This document shows, piece after piece, positions 48,170 through 61,730 of a stretch of 64,000 nt of DNA. The notes beneath the pieces are model-generated. The model saw only the letters and a list, made by a program, of their open reading frames with translations, was not told the DNA's origin and did no database searches. The DNA lies in the NCBI RefSeq assembly GCF_018350175.1, contig NC_058368.1:113772001-113836000 (forward strand), read 5' to 3'. The stretch's first letter is position 1. Each line of letters starts with the position of its first letter. This stretch comes from Felis catus. Taxonomy: Eukaryota. The position numbers and the translations under genes are program-made.

Positions 48170-50034
48170 GTCAAATTGTTTTCCATACAACACCCAGTGC
48201 TCATCCCCACAGGTGTCCTCCTCAATACCCATCACCCACTTTCCCCTCTTCCCCACCCCCCATCACTCCTCAGTTTGTTCTTAGTATTTAAGAGTCTCTT
48301 ATGGTTTGCCTCCTTCCCTCTCTGTAAATTTTTTTCCCCCTTCCCCTCCCTCCTGGTCTTCTGTTAAGTTTCTCAGGATCCACATATGAGTGAAAACATA
48401 TGGTATCTGTCTTTCTCTGCCTAACTTGTTTCACTTAGCATAATACTCTCCAGTTCCATCCATGTTGCTACAAATGGCCAGACTTCATTCTTTGTCATTG
48501 CCAAGTAGTATTGCATTGTATATATATACACCACATCTTCTTTATCCATTCGTCATTTGATGGACATTTAGGCTCTTTCCATAATTTGGCTACTGTTGAA
48601 AGTGCTGCTATAAACATTGGGGTACAAGTGTCCCTATGCATCAGCACTCCTGTATCTCTTGGGTAAATTCCTAGCAGTGCTATTGCTAGTTCATAGGATA
48701 GATCTATTTTTAATTTTTTGAGCAACCTTCACAATGTTTTCCGGAGCAACTGCACCAGTTTGCATTCCCACCAATAGTGCAAGAGGGTTCCATTTCTCCA
48801 CATCCTCTCCAGCATCTATAGTCTCCTGATTTTTCATTTTAGCCACTCTGACCAGCATGAAGTGGTATCTCAGGGTGGTTTTGATTTGTAGTTCCCTGAT
48901 GAGGAGTGACATTGAGCATCTTTTCATGTCCCTGTTGGCCACCTGGATGTCTTCTTTAGAGAAGTGTCTGTTCATGTTTTCTTCCCATTTCTTCACTGGG
49001 TTATTTGTTTTTCAGTGTGGAGTTTGGTGAGTTCTTTATAGATTTTGGATACTAGCCCTTTGTCTGATATGTCATTTGCAAATATCTTTTCCCATTCCAT
49101 CGGTTGCCTTTTAGTTTTGCTAATTGTTTCCTTTGCAGTGCAGAAGCTTTTTATCTTGATGAGGTCCCAGTAGTTCATTTTTGCTTTTAATTCCCTTGCC
49201 TTTGGGGATGTGTCAAGTAAGAAATTGCTGCGGCTGAGGTCAGAGAGGTTTTTTCCTGCTTTCTCCTCTAGGGTTTTGATGGTTTCCTGTCTCACATTCA
49301 AGTCCTTCATCCATTTTGAGCTTATTTTTGTGAATGGTGTAAGAAAGTGGTCTAGTTTCATTCCTCTGCATGTTGCTGTCCAGTTTTCCCAGCACCATTT
49401 GTTAAAGAGACTGTCTTTTTTCCATTGGATATTCTTTCCTGCTTTGTCAAAGATTAGTTGGCCATATGTTTGTGGGTCTAGTTTTGGAGTCTCTATTTTA
49501 TTACATTGGTCTATGTGTCCGTTTTTGTGCCAATACCATGCTGTCTTGATGATGACAGCTTTGTAGTAGAGGCTAAAGTCTGGGATTGTGATGCCTCCCA
49601 CTTTGGTTTTCTTCTTCAATATTACTTTGACTATTAGGGGTCTTTTGTGGTTCCATACAAATTTTAGGATTGCTTGTTCTAGCTTTGAGAAGAATGCTAG
49701 TGCAATTTTGATTGGGATTGCATTGAAAGTGTAGATTGCTTTGGGTAGTATTGACATTTTAACAATACTTACTCTTCCAATTCATGAGCACAGAATGTTT
49801 TCCCATTTATTTGTATCTTCTTCAATTTCCTTCATAAGTTTTCTATAGCTTTCAGCATAAAGATCTTTTACATCTTTGGTTAGGTTTATTCCTAGATATT
49901 TTATCATTCTTGGTGCAGTTGTGAATGGGATCAGTTTCTTTATTTGTCTTCCTGTTGCTTCATTATTGGTGTATAAAGATGCAATTGATTTCTGTACATT
50001 ATTTTTGTATTCTGAGACTTTGCTGAATTCATGT
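48162..50034 (-). mobile_element. 5'-truncated felid LINE-1 (ORF2 C-terminal part plus 3' UTR), frameshifted
   Basis: ORF 49757-48993 [17 protein letters not shown]...[19 protein letters not shown] and further ORF2 pieces at 48996-48691 and 48725-48495 in shifted frames; 3' UTR ending CAATTTGACAATAAATT. Confidence 0.97.
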
Positions 50035-50215
50035 CTTGATTTTAGCTCAGGTCATGATCTCATGGTTCATGAGAGCAAGACCCACATTGGGCTCTGTGCT
50101 GCTAGCCCAGAGCCTGCTTGGGATTCTCTTTCCCTCTCTTTCTGCATCCCACCGTGCTCTTCCCCCTCCACTCTCTCTCTACCTCTCAAAATAAATCAAT
50201 AAACATTAAAAAAAG
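50034..50215 (+). mobile_element. Can-SINE 3' part (split by L1)
   Basis: TCTTGATTTTAGCTCAGGTCATGATCTC... continues the head at 47991-48032. Confidence 0.92.
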
Positions 50216-52009
50216 AAGTTCTGAAAAAAGAAAATGAAAATAATACTCCACAAGGACAAAATAAGGGGAAAAAGGCATTAACTCTAAGAAAAATAAAATA
50301 GAGATTCCCAAAGAAAGAAAACAACCGTAACGCTATACCTGGCTTATCAATGAACTACATTTACATAATGATAATAATTATGTAGCCATAGACTTCTAAT
50401 TAAACTAATGTACTAATTATATTATGTAATTACACTGGAAGAATGGGGAATTGACAATGAGGTAGGGAATGGAGAGTGGGTGGGAGGACGTATGTATGTA
50501 AGCATTCTAAACCTACTCACGCTCTAATAAGAATTTAATAATGTCCAAAATGGGTAAATCAAGAAAAGGCAATATTAGCATATTATTTATAAATATGGAG
50601 ATAAATTTCCAAAGAAATCTTAAGGGTGTTAAATGTAGTTAACTCTGGGGGACAGAAAGGAAAAGGGATGGGGGAGGGGGACAATTGACTGCTACTTTTT
50701 ATTATAAGCTTTGTAAGGACTGAGCATATATTACTTTGATAAAAATAAATTTTATTTTTAAAAATAACACCCATGAAACATTACCATATTATTTAAGATT
50801 ATGTTTAGGTGGTAAGAGTTTTTAAAGATTTTGTTATGTTTTCAGTGCTCTAAGCAGGGACACCTTTATAACACATAAGTTTATTGTTCAACTTTTACCT
50901 ATTTGATTTTTTTCACCCATACTTTAAAGCATATATTATGTACAAAAGCAGAGGTTTGATAGTTACCATTTTTCTACCATTCATTAGCTAATGGATCCCC
51001 ATCTGCAGGTTCTTAGTCCCAGTTTGCACTAATAGATTCATGGTTGGCCCATCCTATCTGTGCTACATCGTAATGACCCCATTCATTGCTCCCTATGATA
51101 ACAATGGGATGAGCTGTAATTTTCAACAGTGGGAGCTCTGAATGGCCCCTCAGGTCAGGCCAATACTTCTGTCTGTTCCAGAATGCACCTGCCTCCTCAG
51201 CAGGAGCCAGAGAGCTACTGGTGTCAGCTTGCTCCCCTGGCTCAACACCAATTACCAAGTTCTTTCCCAATACATCCTCATGAGGAAGATGATAAAAGTG
51301 GCTTTTTCACGGTAATATTCCCATAATTGTGACAATTAATAATCTCCCCATAGTGAATGTCATATCTTCCCAAGAAGCCAGCAGCAGTGAAGCTCCTACA
51401 ATCTGCGAACCCCCCTGGGAATGAGGATCTGTATATTCATGGTACCTGGATCCTCCTTCCCAGAGATGCCAGAGGCTCTCCTTCTGTCCTCATGTGGATA
51501 CCAGCTGGTATTATACAAGCCTGCCACTGAGCAGACTATCAAGTGGACCAGTTTGACTTGGACAGTCTCAGCCCAAATCCAATCATCTCCTAATCAGGTT
51601 TAATTGAGATTAATAACCTCTCACAACTAGCTCTAGGTATTTCATCAATAGATGTCCTGCTAAGAAAACTTCTCTGCAGGCCTCCATTCTGACCAAAAAA
51701 TTTCTACCCTCCTCCCTCCCCACCCTGTCTCCCAGCCCATCTGACCACCTGATCCTGCAGGAACAAAAGAACATACCAAGGGCATTTTCAGGACCCAAAG
51801 AAGATGGGAAAAGCAAAATCAGAACTACTACTGAGTCAGAAGGATCAAAGCCCTGGCATGAACCTCTTTGCCCCATTCAAATGGCCCCTAAAGAGTAGAT
51901 GCAGGAAAGTTCTAGAAATATTGTGACCATCATAGTTAGACTGTCTGCACTGTGGCTAATGCTTCCCAGCTCTGCCCACCTGGATTGCCACACTGGACTA
52001 AAAGGCAAC

Positions 52010-52560
52010 ATCAGTCATCCATTTCCTCAAAAGATCTTTGTCAAGCACCTACTCTGTGCCAGGGCACATAGAATTATTGAAGCACTAAATATGGGCACTA
52101 GAATTTAGTGAAGTAAAAAAACAGATAAGGTGCCTGCCCTCAGGAGTTTAGGACCTTGACAGAGAAACAGATGAAGCCAGGGATCTCACATGTAGACATG
52201 GCCAGAAAATTGTAGTAATAAGGGCTGTGAAATGAGAGAGTGAAGCAGATGACAAAGTGGAGAAAGGGAACCTAATTTAGATTAGAGGTCAGACAAGGCC
52301 TCCCTAGGGCCAAGTGAAGGATGGGTGGGAATTAGTGGGACATGGGGGAAAAGAGCAACCCAATCAGAGGAACAGTCTGTGCTCAGTCTCTGGGGTGGGA
52401 CAAGCAGTCAAGTGACTAGTACAGCTGACAGAGAGCCACCAAAGCACCAAAGAGGACAGCAGAACAAAATGAGGCCACAGTCCACAGAGGCTGGATATGT
52501 CAGACCAGGTGGGCCACAGGAAGGTGGCTTGATTTCATCTTATGCAGAGTGGAAAGTTAC
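52010..52560 (-). mobile_element. LINE-2 3' fragment
   Basis: AGCACCTACTCTGTGCCAGG, CAGATAAGGTGCCTGCCCTCAGGAGTTTA, GGTCAGACAAGGCCTCCCT. Confidence 0.7.
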
Positions 52561-53867
52561 TTACTAATGCAGGATGCCTCTTTCTATGGCTTGACGAAAA
52601 AGGGCATAAAATTTACAGCACAGTCCCTACTTCTTGCTTTGGGGAAACACTTCCCTAGAATAAAATAATTTTATTCATGCATCCAGCAAGGATACACCAT
52701 GGTCATAAGACTAACTCTCCCACAACACAAGTGAGATCAGACTCACATGGTCAATGGTAAAGCTTGTCCTAAAGAGCTGCTTGGTGCTTCAGTCTCCCTG
52801 GGGACATGGAGGCCAAAGGAGAAAACATAGGCTCCTGCCCTCAGAGGCTGCAAAAAAAAAGGCAGGTCAACCTATGCTTCCCCAAACAGGAAAAGGCCCT
52901 GTCAGGCTCCTGTTCTAATGGACTTAGGACTTCAGAAAGACAAAAATGACTTGAAAGGAAGTGAACTTCACATTGGAATCATTGTGAAAATGTGTCATTC
53001 AATAGTTTCCTCACGGACATGCAAGTATTTTGATCTACTTCGAAGGGATTCCCTGCTAGGTGATCCAGGAGTCAGGGCTGTAAGACTGAAGAGAAGGAGG
53101 GATGGATCGCTCTCCTTTTTCAGACAGAAAAGCAAGAAAATCCCCCATCTAGCTTACCTCATCCCCATTAACTCAAACTCTGCACAGACTATTCACAGAA
53201 GCACTTTTCAGAGAATCATAGCTGAACACTTCAAAAAAACTTTAACACTAAAGATGCTTTTTGACGAGGCAGAGACAGTAATAGCTTTGATCTCAAGAGT
53301 CTGCAGTGGCACCAACAGCCTGTACTGAGCCTTTAAGGTGACCCAACCCAAGGGAAGAGTCTTGCAGAAAAATTGGAAATGGGTCCCTACCTTATCCATT
53401 GAGGCATGAATGCCCATTACCCAAACTGCCAGGTATGAAATGAGAGAACGTGGGATGACGGTCAGAGTGAACACTGCAGTTACTACCAGTTCTGGCTCAC
53501 CTTTGTGCTCCCCCATCTCAACTGCCTTTCTGTCAGGTGTGTTTTTTTCCAAACTCACTGCAACTCAAGTGCTGAGCTGAGTTCCTGTGTATTGTCCAAG
53601 TTCTCTTTCCTAAGCCTCTTGGGGAAGCCAGAGGCCCCATTTCTTGCCCTATCATACTCCCCTCGTCTGAGTACATTGGATGGGGTGTCCCAAGCCTTGC
53701 CAAAGTTTCCTGTGAAAAGTTCGTTCTGAGGAGCCTCTCTATGCACAGCAAGGGGTTAGAGCAGGTAAAGAAGTATGAACAAGGGGCCTTTGGCTGAAAG
53801 GGAAGCAAATGCTACAAGAGGCTTGTGATTCCAGAGCTAACAGAAGCTTAAAAATTTAAACACCAAT

Positions 53868-54085
53868 GGGAGCCTGGATGGTTCAGTCGGTTTAGCATCT
53901 GACTTTAGCTCAGGTCATGATCTCACAGTTTGTGGGTTCGAGCCCTGCGTCGGGCTCTGTGCTAACAGCTCAGAGCCTGGAACCTGCTTCAAATTCTGTG
54001 TCTCCCTCTCTCTTCCCCTCTCTGACTCACACTCTGTCTCTCTGTGTCTCTCAAAAATGAATAAACATTAAAAAATTATTTTAAA
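53868..54085 (+). mobile_element. Can-SINE
   Basis: Head, CT tract and tail; TAAACACCA on both flanks. Confidence 0.95.
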
Positions 54086-54356
54086 AAGTAAACACCAGCA
54101 AACAAAGCAGTCCATAGTACAAACTCAAATTGTTCAATTTTCTCACTTCCCTCTACCTTCGCCTGGTTGTAGCAACTGGCCACCTCTCTTCTGGACTATT
54201 GTAGCAATTCCTGCCTCAAGCCCTGCCCCTCCTATCCAGCTCTCATATTGAGACTACACTTCCATTAAAGTGGCTTTTCTTGAATTCAATTGTGTGTCAG
54301 TCTCTCCCACAATGAATACTCTTCAACGACCAGCCACTGCCTATTAAAGAAAGTCT

Positions 54357-54499
54357 GGGGCGCCTGAGTGGCTCAGTCAGTTAAGCATCTGACTCTTGAT
54401 TTCGGCTCAGGTCACAAGCCCTACATCAGGCTCTGTGCGGACAGCATGGAACCTGCTTGGGATTCTCTCTCTCCTTCTCTCTGCCCTCTCCTGCTTGTG

Positions 54500-54552
<53 letters not shown>

Positions 54553-54630
54553 CTCAAAATAAATAAACTTGAAGGAAGGAAGGAAGGAAGGAAGGAAGGA
54601 AGGAAGGAAGGAAGGAAGGAAGGAAGGAAG
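54357..54630 (+). mobile_element. Can-SINE with internal deletion and (GAAG)n tail, inside an L2 fragment
   Basis: B-box region missing (GGTCACAAGCCCTAC); TSD AAAGAAAGTC / AAATAAAGTC. Confidence 0.92.
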
Positions 54631-56231
54631 AAATAAAGTCCAAACATGCTCCCTAAAATAATGTGCATGGCCTTTCATGATCCATCTTCCGTGACTTCCA
54701 CTGTTTCACTTCCCCCATCCTGTCCCATCCCACTCTTCTCTTCCCCAACAACACACATCCTTCCCACTCAACAGAAATACACAACCAGTGACACTCCCAG
54801 GATGTGCCACAAGGTTTGCACACCTGTGCTTTTGCATGTGCTGTTCTCCCTGCCTGGAATGCTTTCTTCCTCTGCCTTATCCATTCATAAAACTTCTCTC
54901 AAAATGCTCACTTAAATCTTCTCTGATAACTGATGCCCTCTTCCGTTGTCCAGTAGGACCTGTAACACCAAATGACAAGATTTGTTCCATTCCACTAGAA
55001 TGAGTTCCTTGGAACATAGATTAAAATTTCATCCTTCTCCAGTTTCCTCCCCAACATGTAGAATGAAAGGATCTTTACTTTGTCCAGAATTAGGTAGAGT
55101 CATTCCCAGTTTACAGTTGAGCAAACTGAGATCTAAAGAGGTAAGAGTCACAATACCAGTTGGCAGTAGGCTAGTAAGTAGACATCAATTTACCCAACTC
55201 CCAATCCAGAATATTTTCTACCAGGGCCCCCTGATCACATGGAAAAGGTGACATCTTCAACGTTAAGTCCCATTCAACCACAGTTATGTGATACAGAGGT
55301 CTCTGGGGTCTGAGAATCTTCTGGGCACTACTGTGTTTGTTACCTCAGAGCCTTCTCCCATTTCCAAGGAGCTCAGGAAATTCCCTGGCAGCAGTTTAGC
55401 TCCAGATACCAAAACTTACCCAAGCTCCTGAGGTCCCTGGAAGACCATACTTGAAGCACTATTTGCCAAGGAGTAGAAAAGTGACCTAGTTGCATGACCT
55501 TGGACAGAGGGTCAAGGGAAAGACACAGCACAGGACTGAGAACACCTGTATTCTCCACATTGTCTTAACTTCCCAGAGTCACAACTACAGAGAAGGCCAT
55601 TGGGAAGGAGCCTTTAATTACCTGCAGGTGTCCCAATTAAGCAGCATTGCCTCCCCAATTAGCAGTCCCTTCCATAGGAAATCATTAGGCTTAATTCCAT
55701 TTCCTGGGAAACATCTTAATCAAGCAAGCTCAGTCCCCAAATCCTGAAGTGGCCAGACTGCCACTGTTGTTAGCCTGGCCCTGTGGGTCTAGATGATGAT
55801 GCTAAATTGGGCTTTGGGTCAATTTCCCAATTAAACATATCCCTTTAATTACACTGTTTTCTAATGTTTCTGGATAAACTGAGGATCTGTTTCTTACATT
55901 GCTTACTAAAGGTAGAGCATGTTCAAAGAAGGCCCTTCCCTAAAGGAGATACATTTGTAAGCGTACTCAAAGAAAGCATCTCTGATATAAAAAAAATAAA
56001 TCTAAAACACTGGGGTGAGAGCTACAAAGCACAGCCTGTTTTCAAGATGTAAGACAGAAAAGCTACAGGTGCCTTCACTCTCAATGCCAGAGGAATCCCC
56101 AATTTTTCTCCCCCTTTTGTCTTCACTATTCCACAAAACTATTAAATTCAAGGTAACAATCTTAGGAAAGAAAAAATAGTTCCAGGTGCAGAAGCCCATA
56201 GAGGGCTTTCCAAGTTCCCAGTATTTGCATC

Positions 56232-56255
56232 TGTTTGTTTGTTTGTCTTATTTAT

Positions 56256-56310
<55 letters not shown>

Positions 56311-56395
56311 GGAGCAAGAGAGGTGCAGAGATAGGGTGGGGGGGTGTGGACAGAGGATCCTAAGCAGGCTGTGCTTTGGCTCTGACAGCCAGAGG

Positions 56396-56427
<32 letters not shown>

Positions 56428-56476
56428 AGAGGGAGAGAGAGATCTCTCTCAACTGATTGAGCCACACAGGCGCCCC
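56232..56476 (-). mobile_element. Rearranged Can-SINE
   Basis: Reversed head GAGCCACACAGGCGCCCC and tail present; the middle is a second (GA)n tract. Confidence 0.85.
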
Positions 56477-57809
56477 TCTTAGTCTTTGAATCTTAAACGT
56501 TTTAGTTAGAAGGTGAAGGAATGGGCCTGGAGGAAGTAGAAGATTCAGAGTTGTCCCCCACCTGGATGACTGCCAGCAGAATTGTGACCTTTTACACATC
56601 AGCGCTAAAGCCAACTGCTGACCACCAGCTTTGTAATTTTTCTAGAGATCCCCTTCCCCGATTGTGTCCAATTCTCTTGTTTCAAATTCAAAGAGTCCCA
56701 CTCTCATGCTGGTAAAAGTTTCACTGCCAACCAAGGGGTTCATTTTGTATCAACATGGGCCTGAAATCCTTAACACTGCAATATTGGCAAAACAGTCTTC
56801 CTCCCTGTCCCCTTGCACTCTGCTGGTTTATCTCTTTCCTCCTTTTGCTCCCTTCTCAGCAGACTTAGGCTCCCAGGAAAAGGGGAAGGGGAGGGAGGAA
56901 AAATACAAGATGGAATGGGTTCAATCACAATTTAGAGTCCCTCGAAACTTACCGATGGAAACCTTACAAATACATCTTAATTTTCACTCTGAAAGAGACT
57001 CTGAAGTTCAAATCAAATTCTGTTTCCTTTAACTTTTTTCATATCTATGTTAATCACATTCCTATCAAATTGAAGAGAGAGAAATGCCTCTCTCCTTGAT
57101 AATAAATTTAATATGGAGATGATTAGAAGAAGATTTGTCATTGTTGCCTGGAGATCTTCATGCATTAGTCCTCCAGAAATCAGATCAACACCTAACCATC
57201 CTGCCACTCCCTTAGTCCTCACCATAGTGCTGGCCTCTGCAATAATCACCTTCTATTGATTTTGCCCCAAATTATTTACTCTTACATTTCATAATCAGCT
57301 TACCTTAATTCATTACTATCCAATATTTAGGGAAAAACTCCCAAACCCCAGATGACTCTGGTCTTAATAGGTTAAAAAAATTATATACAGGTAGAGATAC
57401 ATAGTCTGAAGTCTTACTATTGGCTTTTCGCATTTCTTCCCCAAAAGACAAAACTGTTTAGATCTGATAAAGCATCTGGCCTGTAAGATGAGCTTTCCTT
57501 TTCTCTCTTACAGAAATCCTGATTGAAAATGTCGCTGCTCCAATAGCAGTCTAGAGATATTTCTCTGGTACAAGCCGCAATTTGTCACTGAGTTCACTTT
57601 CAAAGCCTTCTGGTTTGGGGAAAATGGGACTCTTCAAATTTCTTCTTACAAAGTCTCAAGTCACCCCTGAGAATTCAGATAACCTACACCCCGTATCTTG
57701 CACTCCTCATGACGCGGGTCTCTGTGCTAGCTCCAAGGAGTGAGCCAGGTAAAAGCTTTGTGACGATAGGAGAGATGGTCATAATACTAATACTACTACA
57801 ATTAGCAGT

Positions 57810-58000
57810 TAATATTTGAGTCCTCACTATGTTCTAGAAACAACTGAAAAGTGTTCTCTCTGTATTATTTGATTTATTTGATAGATATTACTGTTAACCA
57901 CACGACAGAAGGGGAACCTGAAGTTCAGAAAAGTCAAGTAATTTCCTCAAAGACACACAGCGAGTAAGTATGGCCAGGATTCAAACTCAGGTTGTTCTAT
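57810..58000 (-). mobile_element. MIR fragment
   Basis: GAAGTTCAGAAAAGTCAAGTAATTTCCTCAAAGACACACAGCGAGTAAGT..CCAGGATTCAAACTCAGG. Confidence 0.75.
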
Positions 58001-58579
58001 TGCCATGTTGCTTGAAATCTCAGAGAAGAAAAGGGAGGAAATTAACACTGATTTGAAGTGAGCATCTACTATCTTACATACTGCTTTCTATTCCTGCATT
58101 ATTACATGAGTGCAAATTAATTCATTATATTAGATCTGACTCTAGACTCAGGTTCTGACTTCAAGTGAAGAACTTTTCCTCTGAGACTTGTTTTTCTCAT
58201 CTATGCAATGAGAATATTTGACTGAGTGATCCCATAGGAAACTTGTAGCTCTTACATTCTGGGATTCTAATTAAATAAGATCTACACAGCACTGTGGATA
58301 GTCCTTCAAAGTTGGAGAAGCCCTGGAGGTGATCTAATCTAGGTATGTCAAAGGCAGTGCATTCAAGTTGCCACTTTCCTATACTGTGCCCATTGCAGAC
58401 ATCACTAATGGATTGCCATCTTTCCTAGTGATCCCAGTTGTAGCTTCAGAATCCTTTTCATCTCTATGCTAAGGAAGCAACTGAGTGAGACAACAGCACA
58501 TTGGATAAACCTATTTGCAATCCCTGATGTTAATCAATTGTCCCAATTTACAAATGGGGAAACTGAGGCCCAAAGAGAT

Positions 58580-60135
58580 TAATGTATTCAATAAACATTT
58601 GTTGAGCAATTAATATGTCATAGGACTTTTGTCCTTAGATCCTGAAGATAAAAAGACGAACAGGACATAGTCTTGAGCTCTAATGACTCAGTTTAGTGAG
58701 AGATGTAGGCTGTTAAACAACCAGTTACAATACTGTGTGATGAGTATTATTTGGCCATGTGGAGGGCCACCTAACCTAGACTAACAGGTTCATAGAAGGC
58801 CTCCTGCAGGAAGCAGCACTTAACACTTGGAGGTAAATAACAGTTTGTCAGATGAGGAAGGTGTAAGAAGGCCATTCTAAATAGGGAAGAATCTAACACT
58901 GCGAGAAAGCCCAGACTACTCAAAGAGTTATAAGTTGCTAAGGATGGCTGGAGCCTTGGAGCATAAAATGCTGTGAGTTAGGAAATGATGCACAGAGAGG
59001 AGGCCATCAGTTTCAAGCCCATGAAGGGTCACATATGCCATGCTACAGAAGATGTCCTCTGAAGACATGCTGTACTCCTCCCATTAAAAAGTAGGGTCTT
59101 CGTCCTCTATCCTTGAAAGTTGGCAGGCTTGAAACTGACAATATAGTACCATGAAAATGATGCCATATGATTTCTGAGGGTAAGGCTAAGCCATGAAATA
59201 ATATGCAGCTTCTACCTTGTTCACTGGAACTCTCACCCTTGGAGCCTTAAGCCACCATATAGGAACATCAGTTATCCTAAGACCACTGTAATGGAAGGGC
59301 TACATATAGGTGCTCCACCTGATAGCCCCAGCTAAGTGAAGCCTTCTGGCCCTTCCAACCGAAGTGACTTTTATGTGAGTAAAGCCATCTTGGACTTTAG
59401 ACCAACACACTACCAGCTGAATACCACTAACTGACATTTGATGATGCCCTGTGGAATAGAAGAATCAATCCCTCAGCTGAGTCCCGCCTGAATTCTCGAC
59501 TGAAAATTTATAAGATATAATAAAATCATTGTTGTTTTAAGTCATTAAGTTTTGGAGTGCCGTTTCTATGCAATAGTAGATACCCAGAACAACAAAAGAG
59601 CACTGAGAGTTTTTAGGAAGGAGAGTAACATTATTAGGTTTGTTCTGAAAGGAGCACTCAGGCTGCGGTGTGGGCAATAGATTGGTAGATAGAGAGAATG
59701 TAACAGAATAACCATTGGGGTATTGAAGTTGTACAGGTAAGTGGCAACCAAGACAGTGGCAGGAAGGTGAAGATAAATACCAAGTTTATCTGAGATATAT
59801 ATAGAAAGTAGAGTCAACAGAAGGCAATGACTGACTGGAGAAAGAATAAAAAAGAGTCTCACTTTTCTATCTCAGGTGATTGGGTGGATGGAGAAGATTG
59901 AAAGAGAAGCATGTCAGGGAAGCATGGGGAGAGGAGAGAGTCTATTCAGATGTGTCACTTGAGATTGTGCAGGAGGGACAGGGAGCATCTAGAGAATGCA
60001 GGAGATGCATGCATGCTAGAGACTTGGGTGGAGAAACCCAACCATTAAGGGGTGGTGATGAAATAAATTCCTGAGAGTAATGGAAGGAACAGGTATCTCA
60101 CTGCAAGGAATGAGAAGAGGGCAGAACCACAGGGA
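58580..60135 (-). mobile_element. LINE-2 fragment split by an MLT1 LTR
   Basis: ATTCAATAAACATTTGTTGAGC 3' end; L2-like sequence resumes after 59590 (GGAGAGTAACATTATTAGGTTTGT). Confidence 0.7.
59050..59591 (+). mobile_element. MaLR LTR (MLT1G/H-like)
   Basis: TGATTTCTGAGG, CCAGCTGAATACCAC, AATAAAATCATTGTTGTTTTAAGTCATTAAGTTTTGG...GATACCCAGAACA. Confidence 0.85.
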
Positions 60136-60852
60136 ATAGCAGAGCTGAGACTGAGCAGAGAAAGAGCACAGCCTGGCCACTTGACTCCCCCAAGAAAGTT
60201 GCTTACCAACCCCTTTTTCCTGTCTCCTAGCAAGTCTGGGGATTTGAACATGGCAAACACTGAGGTTGAGGAAACGTGAGACTAGACTCTCTTCTCCTTC
60301 TGCTCATAAGAATTGCATATACTATCCCATGCCAACCTCTTTAGTTTTTAAATGCTCTGTTCTAGCCTCCTCTCTCCACTCCTTCCAGCCTGATTGTCTT
60401 CTTTTAAATGCTCCTCATTTCTTTGCCATTTCATTTTCTTTCATCTGCAACCTGCTATTAAGGTTGTTTTTCCCACAGCTATTTTGATACCAAATCAGAT
60501 TAATCTGTTCTCCTAATTAACCTGTGATACATACACAGAGTCCAACGTCTCCTACACAATAGTATTCTCTCCAGTGATCTCACAGATGTCCCATAGAATG
60601 GAGTTTTACTCCTTCTCACATCCCTCTTTCTTCCCTCTTGTTCCCAAGGCTCCTCCAGCCAGTTCTTTCTGTCCGTGTTCAGACATGGACCTGGACCACT
60701 GGCCGGCTGAGTGACTACAGCAGCCACCTATAGAGTTATTGCATGGAGTGAGACATTGTCTCCATAAAACCCCTGTTAGAACACACCATGAGCATTAAGC
60801 CGTCACTATGCAGTATTAATGGTATGTCATATCATCTTTCTTCAAGAAAAGT

Positions 60853-61005
60853 GCAGCACAGGGAATATAGTCATATAGTCAATAATACTGTAATACACTT
60901 ACCATGGCAAGCATTTTGCAGAATGTGTAATTGTTGAATCACTGTGTTGTATACCTAAAACTAATTTAATATTATGTCAATTATACTTCAATGAAAACTT
61001 TAAAA
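60853..61005 (+). mobile_element. L1 extreme 3' end (L1MA/carnivore-type)
   Basis: GCACAGGGAATATAGTC..AATAATACTGTAATA..GAATCACTGTGTTGTATACCTAAAACTAAT..TCAATTATACTTCAAT. Confidence 0.85.
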
Positions 61006-61008
61006 ATA

Positions 61009-61730
<722 letters not shown>

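Larger units (their letters stand above)
45780..50760 (+). mobile_element. Old HAL1/L1M-like element hosting several younger insertions
   Basis: A-rich decayed ORF1-like sequence; 50220-50760 resembles the recalled HAL1 3' region (ACATTTACATAATGATAATAAT, GACTGCTACTTTTTATTATAAGC). Confidence 0.55.

Noticed and set aside
48993..49757. Longest ORF (254 aa) as a functional gene
   Set aside because: Fragment of L1 ORF2 in a 5'-truncated, frameshifted copy; it cannot encode an active protein.
52918..53328. 136-aa ORF in repeat-free DNA
   Set aside because: No recognisable domain, splice context or poly(A)/TSD hallmarks; a length like this is expected by chance in 64 kb.
56948..56995. Minus-strand 36-nt segment with a good acceptor and GTAAGT donor
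   Set aside because: Stops in all three frames and no other support.
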